The notes below the pieces were generated by a model. The model did not search any database and was not told the DNA's origin. It was given only the letters and a program-made list of their open reading frames with translations. Positions 17,216 to 25,787 of a stretch of DNA of 64,000 nt are shown here, piece after piece. Numbering within the stretch: the first letter of the stretch is position 1; every line of letters begins with the position of its first letter. The position numbers and the translations under genes are program-made. The stretch is from Burkholderiales bacterium. Its GTDB lineage: Bacteria > Pseudomonadota > Gammaproteobacteria > Burkholderiales > SG8-39. Location of the stretch: NCBI GenBank assembly GCA_035702665.1, contig DASSQD010000132.1, forward strand, positions 1,748 through 65,747, read 5' to 3'.

Positions 17216-18845
17216 CCGCATGTTTCCGATCGCCACCGGCAGGCCCGCGAGCCTGGCGCCGAACGGCATGATCGCATCGCCGCACTCGCTCGCTTCCGCC
17301 GCGGGCGCAGACGCGCTGCGCGCAGGAGGTTCCGCCGTGGACGCGGCGGTCGCGGCCGGCGCGGTGCTGTCCGTGGTGTATCCGCACATGACGAGCGTCG
17401 GCGGCGACGCCTTCTGGCTGATCTACGACGCGCGCGCGCGGCGCGTGCGCTACCTGAACGGCGGAGGGCGCGCGGCGCGCGGGGCGAGCATCGATTGGTT
17501 CCGCGCGCGCGGGATGAACGAGGTTCCCCTGCGCGGATTTCTCCCCGCGACCCTGACCACGCCCGGCGCGGTCGCCAGCTGGTGCGCCGCGCACGAGCAG
17601 TACGGCAGGCTGCCCCTCTCGCGCGACCTCGCCGCGGCGATCGGCTATGCGCGCGGGGGATTCCCGGTCACCGGGCGCCTCGCGCGCGCGATCGAGCTGC
17701 ACGCCTCCGACGGCTCGCTGAACGCCGGTGCGCTCGCGCTTCTTGCTCCCGGGGGAGCCGCGCCGCGCGCGGGCGGGAAGCTGGCCAACGGCGCTCTGGC
17801 GCTCGTGCTGGAGCGCATCGCGCAGGAAGGCCGCGAGGGATTCTACGGCGGCGAGACGGCGCGTTCGCTCGCCGCGTTCTCGCGCGCGGGCGGCGGGTTC
17901 TTCGACGCGACGGACCTGGCGGCCCAACGCGCGACCTGGGGCGAGCCGCTCTCAGGCACCTATCGCGGCGTGGAGATCTTCGAGACCCCTCCGCCGACGC
18001 AGGGGTTCGCCGTCATCGAAATGCTGAATCTCGTGGAGAGCGCGGAGGTCGGCAGAATGGATCCGCTGGGCCCGGAACTCGCGCACCTGCTCGTGCAGGC
18101 GAAGCAGATCGCCTACCACGACCGCGACCGGCTGCTCGCCGACCCCGAGTACCAGCCGGTACCCGTCGACAGGCTGATCGCCAAGACCTACGCCGCCGAG
18201 CGTCGCAGGCTGATGCGCGCCGACCGCGCCCTTCCCTGGGACCTGGTCCCGTCCTACGGCACGCTCGCGGGCGACACTGTCTTCGTCGCGGCGGTCGACG
18301 CCGAGGGCAACGCCGCGGCGCTGGTCCAGAGCCTGTATTTCACCTTCGGCGCCGGGATCGTCGCGGGCGATACCGGGATCGTGATGCAGAACCGCTCGGC
18401 CTATTTCTCGCTCGATCCGCAGCATCCCAACCGCCTCGAGCCCGGCAAGCGGCCCCTGCACACCCTGATCGCGTCGATGGCGTTGCAGGACGGCAGCCTC
18501 CGGCACGTGCTCGGCTGCATGGGAGCGGACGGCCAGCCGCAGATCCACCTGCAAGGCTACGTCGGCCTGATCGATTTCGGATTCGATATCCAGCATGCGC
18601 TCGAGATGCCGCGGTGGCTGTCGGGAAGGTTCAACATCGGCGACCCGCGCGACCTGCTCAACATGGAAGGGCGATTCCCGGAAGCCACCGCCAGGGAACT
18701 CGAGCGCCGCGGACACGCCGTCAACCGGTGGCCGGATTGGTGCGAGCTTGCGGGGCACGCGCACGGGATCACGGTCGACCCGGCGTCGGGCGTTCGCATC
18801 GGCGGGGCCGATCCCCGGAGCGACGGCGCGGCCATAGGCTGCTAG
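17211..18845 (+). CDS. gamma-glutamyltransferase-family (Ntn hydrolase) protein
   Basis: 544 aa; the start may be the second ATG at 17220. GGT-like N-terminus (MIASPHSLASAAGADALRAGGSAVDAAVA). Autoprocessing/nucleophile region GDTVFVAAVDAEGNAAALVQSLYFTFG. Confidence 0.85.
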   Translation: MHRMFPIATGRPASLAPNGMIASPHSLASAAGADALRAGGSAVDAAVAAGAVLSVVYPHMTSVGGDAFWLIYDARARRVRYLNGGGRAARGASIDWFRARGMNEVPLRGFLPATLTTPGAVASWCAAHEQYGRLPLSRDLAAAIGYARGGFPVTGRLARAIELHASDGSLNAGALALLAPGGAAPRAGGKLANGALALVLERIAQEGREGFYGGETARSLAAFSRAGGGFFDATDLAAQRATWGEPLSGTYRGVEIFETPPPTQGFAVIEMLNLVESAEVGRMDPLGPELAHLLVQAKQIAYHDRDRLLADPEYQPVPVDRLIAKTYAAERRRLMRADRALPWDLVPSYGTLAGDTVFVAAVDAEGNAAALVQSLYFTFGAGIVAGDTGIVMQNRSAYFSLDPQHPNRLEPGKRPLHTLIASMALQDGSLRHVLGCMGADGQPQIHLQGYVGLIDFGFDIQHALEMPRWLSGRFNIGDPRDLLNMEGRFPEATARELERRGHAVNRWPDWCELAGHAHGITVDPASGVRIGGADPRSDGAAIGC

Positions 18846-18925
18846 AGCCGGCTCGCGCCGGCTTCTTGACGCTCCGGGCGTGGGAGCGAACAATCGCGTG
18901 GCAGCGCGAACAAAGGAGGAATGCC

Positions 18926-20509
18926 GTGCCGTCCCGCAGCAGTGCCGACCATTCGGTGAGCCCGCCGAGCGTCAAGATCCCCCGCGACTACAACGCCGCG
19001 TACGACCTGATCGAGCGCAACCTGGCGGCGGGACGCGCCGCGCGGATCGCGTACATCGACGACGCCGGCCAGTACACCTTCGGGCAGCTCGCCGAGCGCG
19101 TCAACCGCTTCGGCTCGGGACTCCGCGCGCTGGGGCTGGACATGGAGCACCGCGTGCTCCTCGCTCTCACCGACACGGTCGACTTTCCGACCGCCTTCCT
19201 CGGCGCGATCAAGGCGGGCATCGTGCCGGTGGCGGTCAACACGCTGCTCACGCCGAAAGACTACGAGTACATGCTCGCGGATAGCCGCGCCAAAGCACTG
19301 ATCGTATCCGAGGCACTGCTTCCGCAATTCGCCGGCGCCATCGGCAGGCTACCCTTCCTCAAGCACGTCATCGTCTCGGGCTCGGGGTCGCCGCAGGGAC
19401 ACCTTGCGTTCAAGGAGGTTCTCGCCAAGGGGGCGCCCGAGCTCGCACCCGCGCCCACGACCTGCGACGACGCCTGCTTCTGGCTGTATTCCTCGGGCTC
19501 GACCGGCATGCCCAAGGGCACGGTGCACGTGCACTCGAGCATGATCATCACCGCGGAGCTCTACGCGCGCGGCGTGCTCGGGTACCGGGAAAGCGACGTG
19601 GTGTTCTCGGCGGCCAAGCTCTTCTTCGCCTACGGGCTGGGCAACGCGCTGTCCTTCACGCTCGCGGTGGGCGCGACCGCCGTGCTGATGGCGGAGAGGC
19701 CGACGCCTGCGGCGGTGTTCAAGCGTTTCAAGGAGAAGAAGCCGACGCTGTTCTTCGGCGTCCCCACGCTCTATGCGGCGATGCTGGCGAGCCCCGACCT
19801 TCCGGGAAGGGAGGCGCTCGCGCTGCGCCAGTGCATCTCGGCGGGAGAGGCCCTGCCGCCGCAGATCGCGAAGCGCTGGAAGGAGAGGATCGGGGTGGAG
19901 ATTCTCGACGGGATCGGATCGACCGAGATGCTCCACATCTTCCTTTCGAACCGCCCGGACGACCTGCGCTACGGCACCACCGGAAAGCCCGTTCCGGGAT
20001 ACGACCTGAGGCTGGTCGACGAGCAGGGCGAGCCGGTGAAGCCAGGGGAGATGGGCGAGCTGCAGATCAGAGGCCCCACCAGCGCAGCGTACTACTGGAA
20101 CAACCGCGAGAAGAGCCGTAGCACCTTCCACGGCGGCTGGACGCGCAGCGGCGACAAGTACACCCAGGACAAGGACGGCTACTACGTCTACGGCGGGCGC
20201 TCCGACGACATGCTGAAAGTGTCCGGGATCTACGTGTCGCCGGCCGAAGTCGAGGCGGCGCTCGTCGGGCACGAGGCGGTTCTCGAGGCGGCCGTCATCG
20301 GTGCCGAGGACGAGAACAAGCTGGTGAAGCCCAAGGCGTTCGTCGTGCTCAAGCCGGGCAATTCCGGCAGCGACGCGCTCAAGGCGGCGCTGCAGCAGCA
20401 CGTGAAGGACAAGCTCGCCCCCTACAAGTATCCGCGCTGGATAGAGTTTCTGCCCGAGTTGCCGAAGACGGCGACCGGGAAGATACAGAGATTCAAGCTG
20501 CGAGCCTGA
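18926..20509 (+). CDS. second benzoate/4-hydroxybenzoate-CoA ligase paralogue
   Basis: 527 aa. GTG 18926 follows AAGGAGG (tail of track ORF 17495..20509). Collinear with bclA over its full length (YSSGSTGMPKG, PKTATGKIQRFKLR). The first ~150 nt look roughly 85% identical to bclA by eye. Confidence 0.9.
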   Translation: MPSRSSADHSVSPPSVKIPRDYNAAYDLIERNLAAGRAARIAYIDDAGQYTFGQLAERVNRFGSGLRALGLDMEHRVLLALTDTVDFPTAFLGAIKAGIVPVAVNTLLTPKDYEYMLADSRAKALIVSEALLPQFAGAIGRLPFLKHVIVSGSGSPQGHLAFKEVLAKGAPELAPAPTTCDDACFWLYSSGSTGMPKGTVHVHSSMIITAELYARGVLGYRESDVVFSAAKLFFAYGLGNALSFTLAVGATAVLMAERPTPAAVFKRFKEKKPTLFFGVPTLYAAMLASPDLPGREALALRQCISAGEALPPQIAKRWKERIGVEILDGIGSTEMLHIFLSNRPDDLRYGTTGKPVPGYDLRLVDEQGEPVKPGEMGELQIRGPTSAAYYWNNREKSRSTFHGGWTRSGDKYTQDKDGYYVYGGRSDDMLKVSGIYVSPAEVEAALVGHEAVLEAAVIGAEDENKLVKPKAFVVLKPGNSGSDALKAALQQHVKDKLAPYKYPRWIEFLPELPKTATGKIQRFKLRA

Positions 20510-20516
20510 GGCGGCG

Positions 20517-22931
20517 TTGCTGGCGAGCCTGCGAAGCATCAAGACCAAGGTCACGCTGATCGTCACGATCTGCGTCGTGGCCCTGCTGATGCTCGTCTCG
20601 GCGGTCGAGATGTATCGGGTGAAGTCGGACTTCAGGGAGGTCCTCGGGAACCAGCAATTGACCCTCGTGGCCCGGATGGTCGACGACATCGACGAGAAGC
20701 TTGCATCGGCGCACGCGGTGCTGATCGGAGTGTCCAAGGCGATTCCGCCGGAGATCGCACGCAACCCCGGGCAACTCAGGAAGAATCTCGAATTCCGCAA
20801 CGCCCTTCAGTTTCTTTTCGAAAATCTCGTGGTCTTTTCCCCCGCCGGGGTGACCCTCGTCGACTTGCGGAGCACCGGGCTCGAGGGCGCCAGCGTGAGC
20901 GACCGCGAGTTCTTCAAGAAGGTGATGAGCGACCGCAAGCCCTATATCTCTCGGCCGTTCCTCGGGAGGAACACCAGGCAGCCGTTCGTCGTCCTGACGG
21001 CGCCGATCCTGGATAGCCGGGGGCAGGTCGTGGCCGTCCTGGGAGGCTCGCTGAACCTGCTGAGGCCGAACTTCCTCGGCAAGCTCGGCAGCGCCAGGGT
21101 GGGCAAGACGGGTTCGTTCGCGCTCCTCGGGCGCGACCGCACGATCATCATCTCGCGCGACGCCGACCGCATCATGCAACCGGGACCCGCGCCCGGCGTC
21201 TCCCCCTACTTCGATCACGCGGTGGCGGGAGGGGCAGGATGGGAGGAAGCGGTCAACAGTCGCGGACTGCACGCGCTTTTCAGCTATTCGCCGCTCGAGA
21301 CCGTGCCCTGGGTGCTCGCCGCCGCGCTGCCCGTCGAGGAGGCTTTCGCTCCGGTCGTCGCCACGCAGAAAGAGATAGCACAGATCAGCGTGCTCCTGAT
21401 CCTTCTCATCGCGCCCCTGGTGTGGCTGGGCACGCAGTACCTGCTCGCCCCGCTGCTGGGGCTGCACGACGCCATCCGCCGCGCGCGCAGCGATCCCGGC
21501 TCGACCGCCGAGGTCCGGGTTCGCAGCCGCGATGAAATCGGCGAGCTCGCCGCGGACTTCAACAATCTCATCCGGGAGCGAACCGAGGCCGAGGGCTCGC
21601 TGAGGGAGAGTGAGCGCCGCTTGCGCATGATCGCGGACAACACGCCGGCCTTGATCGGATACGTCGACTCGAATCTCCGCTACCGGTACGCCAACGGCAC
21701 CTACTTCGAGTGGTTCGGAAGGAAACCGGAGGACATGCTCGGACGAGACATGCGCGAAGTCCTGGGCGAGGCGGCGTTCGCGGTGCGCGAACCGCATATC
21801 CGCGAGGCCCTAGCGGGCAGGGAAGCGACCTTCGAGGTGCCGCCCGCGGTCTCGGGTTTCAACCGGTACGCGCACACGCGTTATGTCCCGGACCGGCGTG
21901 CGGATGGCACGGTGGCGGGCTTCTACGTTCTCGCCAGTGACGTGACCCCGCTGAAGAAGTCCGAGGAGCAACTGCGCGAAAGCGAGCAGCAGCTCAGCCT
22001 CGCGCTGGAAGGCTCGGAGCTCGCCCTGTTCGACTGGAACATCAGGACCGGCGAGATCTTTCTCAGCGAGCAGTGGTCAGTGATGCTCGGCGGCAAGCCC
22101 GAGCTGACGCGCACCACGTTCTCCGCACTCGAGAGGATCACTCATCCGGAGGACAGGCAATTCGTGCAGAGTCTTCTTCGTGACGCCCTGAAGGGCGTCA
22201 CCTCGCACTACCGCGCGGAGCACCGCGTCCAGGCGCGCGACGGCTGGATCTGGGTCCAGAGCCACGGGCAGGTGACCGCGCGCGATCCGAGCGGTTACGC
22301 GACTCGGATGGTCGGGACCGCCGCCGACGTCACCGAGCGGAAGCGCGCCGAGCACGAGCTCGCGCAGAGCCGCATGGAGCTCGAGCGGGCGGCTTGGTAC
22401 GACGCCCTCACGGGACTTCCCAACCGCAACCTGCTGATGGACCGCCTCGAGCAGGTACTCGCACGAAGCCGTCGCAGCCGGCAGCTGCTCACGGTCTTCT
22501 ACCTCGACCTCGACGGATTCAAGGCGATCAACGACAGCATGGGGCACGCCGGCGGCGACGCGCTGCTGAGGCTGTTCGGGGAGCGCCTGCGGCGGACGGT
22601 GAGAACCAGCGACACGGTCGCGAGGATGAGCGGCGACGAATTCGTCGTTCTGCTCGAAGACCTCCGCGAGCGCAAGGACGCCGACGCGATCGCGACGACC
22701 GTGGTCGAGGCCGCGCGCGGGGAATTCACGGTCGAATCCAAGGTGCTCCGCGTGACGACGAGCATCGGCATCGCGTTCACGCGAGGGGAATTGACCGGCG
22801 CCGAGCTGCTCAAGCGCGCCGACACGGCGCTCTACCAGGCCAAGCGCGCCGGCCGCGACCGGTACCACATCGACCAGACCGAGCAGCCCGCGCCCGAGGC
22901 GCGCGACGCACCCCTGCGGGCGCGCCTTTGA
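20517..22931 (+). CDS. sensor diguanylate cyclase (TM-Cache-TM-HAMP-PAS-PAS-GGDEF, SGDEF variant)
   Basis: 804 aa, starting 7 nt after the ligase stop. N-terminal TM helix, periplasmic Cache-like region, second TM helix (ISVLLILLIAPLVWLG), two PAS-like regions, and a GGDEF domain with RTSD-x5-SGDEF. Confidence 0.85.
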   Translation: MLASLRSIKTKVTLIVTICVVALLMLVSAVEMYRVKSDFREVLGNQQLTLVARMVDDIDEKLASAHAVLIGVSKAIPPEIARNPGQLRKNLEFRNALQFLFENLVVFSPAGVTLVDLRSTGLEGASVSDREFFKKVMSDRKPYISRPFLGRNTRQPFVVLTAPILDSRGQVVAVLGGSLNLLRPNFLGKLGSARVGKTGSFALLGRDRTIIISRDADRIMQPGPAPGVSPYFDHAVAGGAGWEEAVNSRGLHALFSYSPLETVPWVLAAALPVEEAFAPVVATQKEIAQISVLLILLIAPLVWLGTQYLLAPLLGLHDAIRRARSDPGSTAEVRVRSRDEIGELAADFNNLIRERTEAEGSLRESERRLRMIADNTPALIGYVDSNLRYRYANGTYFEWFGRKPEDMLGRDMREVLGEAAFAVREPHIREALAGREATFEVPPAVSGFNRYAHTRYVPDRRADGTVAGFYVLASDVTPLKKSEEQLRESEQQLSLALEGSELALFDWNIRTGEIFLSEQWSVMLGGKPELTRTTFSALERITHPEDRQFVQSLLRDALKGVTSHYRAEHRVQARDGWIWVQSHGQVTARDPSGYATRMVGTAADVTERKRAEHELAQSRMELERAAWYDALTGLPNRNLLMDRLEQVLARSRRSRQLLTVFYLDLDGFKAINDSMGHAGGDALLRLFGERLRRTVRTSDTVARMSGDEFVVLLEDLRERKDADAIATTVVEAARGEFTVESKVLRVTTSIGIAFTRGELTGAELLKRADTALYQAKRAGRDRYHIDQTEQPAPEARDAPLRARL

Positions 22932-23689
22932 CCGACCGGGTCCGTTCCTGGGTGGAAGATGCGAGGCGCGTCGTCGTCCTGACCGGCGCGGGGATCTCCA
23001 CCGAATCGGGCATTCCGGATTTTCGCGGCCCGCAGGGGGTGTGGACGAGGGATCCCGAGGCGGAGAAGCTCTCCGACATCCGCTACTACGTGGCCGACCC
23101 TGAGATACGCCGGAAATCCTGGCAGTCGCGCCTCGAGCACCCGGCGTGGACCGCGCGCCCGAACTCGGGGCACGCCGCGATCGTGGCGCTCGAACGGCGC
23201 GGCAAGCTCCACGCTCTCATCACCCAGAACATCGACGGCCTGCACCAGAAAGCGGGCATCTCCGCCCGCCGCGTGATCGAGGTTCACGGCACGGTCCACG
23301 CGGTGGTGTGCCTGTCCTGCGGGTGGAAGGGGCCGATGCAGGACACGCTCGCCCGCGTGCGCGGCGGCGAATCCGACCCCCCCTGCAAACGCTGCGGCGG
23401 CATTCTGAAAAGCGATACCATCTCGTTCGGGCAAGCACTGGTGCCCGAGGTGATCGATCGCGCGATGGATGCCGCGGGCGAATCGGACCTGTTCATCTCG
23501 GTCGGCACCAGCCTGCAGGTCTACCCGATCGCCGGGACCGTTCCCGCGGCAAAAAGAGCAGGCGCGCGGGTGGTCATCGTCAATGCGCAGGCGACGCCTT
23601 ACGACGGCATCGCCGACGCGGTGCTTCGCGGCGCGATCGGCGAGACCCTGCCGCGGATTTTGGCAGGCACCGACGCCGTACCTTCTTGA
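22928..23689 (+). CDS. cobB: NAD-dependent protein deacylase (Sir2/CobB family)
   Basis: 253 aa. TTG 22928 overlaps the upstream stop (TTGA); GTG 22952 is an alternative start. GAGISTESGIPDFRG NAD-binding motif, catalytic EVHGT, Zn ribbon CLSCG...CKRCGG. Confidence 0.85.
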   Translation: MTDRVRSWVEDARRVVVLTGAGISTESGIPDFRGPQGVWTRDPEAEKLSDIRYYVADPEIRRKSWQSRLEHPAWTARPNSGHAAIVALERRGKLHALITQNIDGLHQKAGISARRVIEVHGTVHAVVCLSCGWKGPMQDTLARVRGGESDPPCKRCGGILKSDTISFGQALVPEVIDRAMDAAGESDLFISVGTSLQVYPIAGTVPAAKRAGARVVIVNAQATPYDGIADAVLRGAIGETLPRILAGTDAVPS

Positions 23690-23731
23690 CGCGGGCGCGC
23701 GGCAGGGCGCCAAATGCGACTCTGAGGAGAA

Positions 23732-24859
23732 ATGATGGAGGCGGTTTCCGAGGAAGCTGCACAGCGCCCGCGGGGATTCTGGGAGCGGCTTCTGCCGCTC
23801 AGGTACTGGCTTGGGGCGGACGCCGCGGGAGGAATCGAGCTGGGGCAGGCGAAGACGCGCCTGATCTGCACGTTCCTCGGCCTGTGCGGGTTCGGTGCCA
23901 TAGCGCAGGCGGGGCCTCTCCCCGCGGGCATCGTCTGCACGGCGATCGTGTTCCCGCTGTACGCGATGGCCTATTTAGTGCTGGTCAGACGGCATCCCGT
24001 TCCCACGCACCGCAGGCGCGGCTTCGCGGTCGTCGTGGATACTCTGGCGAACATCTACATCACCTGCTTCGGGGGCGCCTTCGCGGCGTACGCGGGATTC
24101 CTGTTTCTCGTGACCATCGGCTGGGGGCTGCGCTTCGGGCTTCAATACCTGTTCCTCGCTACAGGCATTGCGGTCGCCGGCATGGCAGCGAACCTCGTCG
24201 TGAGCCCGTACTGGCACGCCAACCTGCTCTTCGGCGGCACCATTGTCTTCGGGCTGATCGCGAACACAGTGAACGCGTCCATCCTGCTCGGCAGGATCTC
24301 GCGGGGAAACCGGCAGCTCGCCGAGAAGGTCGAGGAGATCTCGCGCCTCGCATGGCAGGATCAGCTCACCAAGCTCCCGAACCGCCCGTACTTCCGCGAC
24401 CGCCTCGGCCAGATGCTCGCGACGGCCGCGCGAAGCGGGCGTCAGGTAGCGCTTCTGCTGTTCGACATCGACGGCTTCAAGGCGGTGAACGATACGCTCG
24501 GTCACGAAGCGGGAGACCGGCTGCTTCGCGAGATCGCCGAGCGCGTCGGGCGTCGGGTCCGGCAGGCGGACACTTTCGCGCGGGTCGGCGGAGACGAGTT
24601 CGTGGTTCTCCTCGACATCGTTCACGACAAGTCGGACGCGATTCCGGTGGCGGAAACGGTCGTCGCGACGATCGCCGAGATCGGGATGTTCGCCGAGCAG
24701 GGGCTGCGCGTTGGCGCCAGCGTGGGCATCGCCTGCAGCGCAAGCGTGGCCAACCGCGAGCGGGTAGCCGACGAGCTGCTGATCCAGGCCGATCGCGCCA
24801 TGTACGAGGCCAAGCGCGCGGGCAAGGGCCGCTACAAGTTCGCGGACGAAGGCCGTTGA
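23732..24859 (+). CDS. membrane-anchored diguanylate cyclase (multi-TM N-terminus + GGDEF)
   Basis: 375 aa. About 5-6 hydrophobic helices followed by a GGDEF domain with intact RQAD-x5-GGDEF and KRAGKGRY. Confidence 0.85.
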   Translation: MMEAVSEEAAQRPRGFWERLLPLRYWLGADAAGGIELGQAKTRLICTFLGLCGFGAIAQAGPLPAGIVCTAIVFPLYAMAYLVLVRRHPVPTHRRRGFAVVVDTLANIYITCFGGAFAAYAGFLFLVTIGWGLRFGLQYLFLATGIAVAGMAANLVVSPYWHANLLFGGTIVFGLIANTVNASILLGRISRGNRQLAEKVEEISRLAWQDQLTKLPNRPYFRDRLGQMLATAARSGRQVALLLFDIDGFKAVNDTLGHEAGDRLLREIAERVGRRVRQADTFARVGGDEFVVLLDIVHDKSDAIPVAETVVATIAEIGMFAEQGLRVGASVGIACSASVANRERVADELLIQADRAMYEAKRAGKGRYKFADEGR

Positions 24860-25758
24860 GTCCGATCGGCTTCATTGGCCTAGGGAAGATGGGCTATCCG
24901 ATGGCCCGTCGGCTGTCGAGCGCCGGGTACCGTCTTTGGGTCCACGACCTCGACGCGGCGGCCGTACGGCGCGTGTGCGAAGCGACTGGCGCGGAGGCTC
25001 CGAGTTCGGTCCGCGTGATCGGCGAGCGTTGCGAGGCGGTGATCACGATGCTTCCCGACGGGCGCGCGGTGCGCGCGGTGACGGTGGGCGACGGCGGCGA
25101 CGGATTGTTCAGGGGGCAGTCTAGCGGGAAGACGCTCATCGACATGAGCTCCTCCTCGCCCGTGGGTACCCGGGAGCTCGGCGCGCTCCTCGCGGAGAAG
25201 GGCGTCGACATGATCGACGCGCCGGTGTCGGGCGGCGTGAGGAAGGCGGAGGACGGGACGCTCGCCATCATGGTCGGCGGGGAGCCGGCCGTAGTCGAGC
25301 GCTACAGGCCGCTGCTGGAAGCGATGGGCAAGCAGATATTCCCGACCGGTCCGCTGGGCTCGGGGCATGCGATGAAGGCGCTCAACAACTACGTGTCGGC
25401 GGCTGGGCTCGCCGCCGCCGTCGAGGCGGTGCTCGCGGCCGACCGCTTCGGGCTCGACGCGGGGAAGGTCGTCGACGTCCTGAACGCGTCCACGGGAATG
25501 AACAACTCGACGCTCAACAAGTTCCACAAGTTCATCCTCTCGCGCGCCTTCGATTCGGGATTCTCGCTCGACCTGATGGTGAAGGATCTGAGGACGGCGC
25601 TCGAGGTCGCTCGCTCGACCGGGTCGCCGGCGCCCCTCGCCGAGGCCTGCGTCGCGGCCTGGAGCAAGGCGCAGGCGGCGCTCGGTCCAGGCCATGATCA
25701 CACCGCGGTAGTGCGGTACTGGGAAGGCCTCGCCGGAACGGAGCTCGGGAAGAAGTAG
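24856..25758 (+). CDS. NAD(P)-dependent beta-hydroxyacid dehydrogenase (3-hydroxyisobutyrate dehydrogenase family)
   Basis: 300 aa. The Rossmann motif IGFIGLGKMG begins at residue 4, which forces the TTG 24856 start and makes it overlap the upstream stop (TTGA). DAPVSGG and GSGHAMKALNN motifs. Confidence 0.85.
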   Translation: MSPIGFIGLGKMGYPMARRLSSAGYRLWVHDLDAAAVRRVCEATGAEAPSSVRVIGERCEAVITMLPDGRAVRAVTVGDGGDGLFRGQSSGKTLIDMSSSSPVGTRELGALLAEKGVDMIDAPVSGGVRKAEDGTLAIMVGGEPAVVERYRPLLEAMGKQIFPTGPLGSGHAMKALNNYVSAAGLAAAVEAVLAADRFGLDAGKVVDVLNASTGMNNSTLNKFHKFILSRAFDSGFSLDLMVKDLRTALEVARSTGSPAPLAEACVAAWSKAQAALGPGHDHTAVVRYWEGLAGTELGKK

Positions 25759-25787
25759 TAAGCTACGCGCCGGACTCTGGAGCCGAC

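Noticed and set aside
14863-17389. 771-aa (+) and 777-aa (-) ORFs overlapping hcrB/boxD
   Set aside because: Out-of-frame or antisense to two well-supported genes, with low-complexity Arg/Ala/Gly-rich translations.
22928-23689. Sir2 gene as a possible anti-phage defence (SIR2-effector) system
   Set aside because: It is a short CobB-type sirtuin with the NAD-binding GAGIS motif, catalytic His and a CxxC...CxxC zinc ribbon. It lacks the extra sensor or partner genes (for example HerA, pAgo, TIR, DSR-type extensions) of defence SIR2 systems. The context points to protein deacylation.
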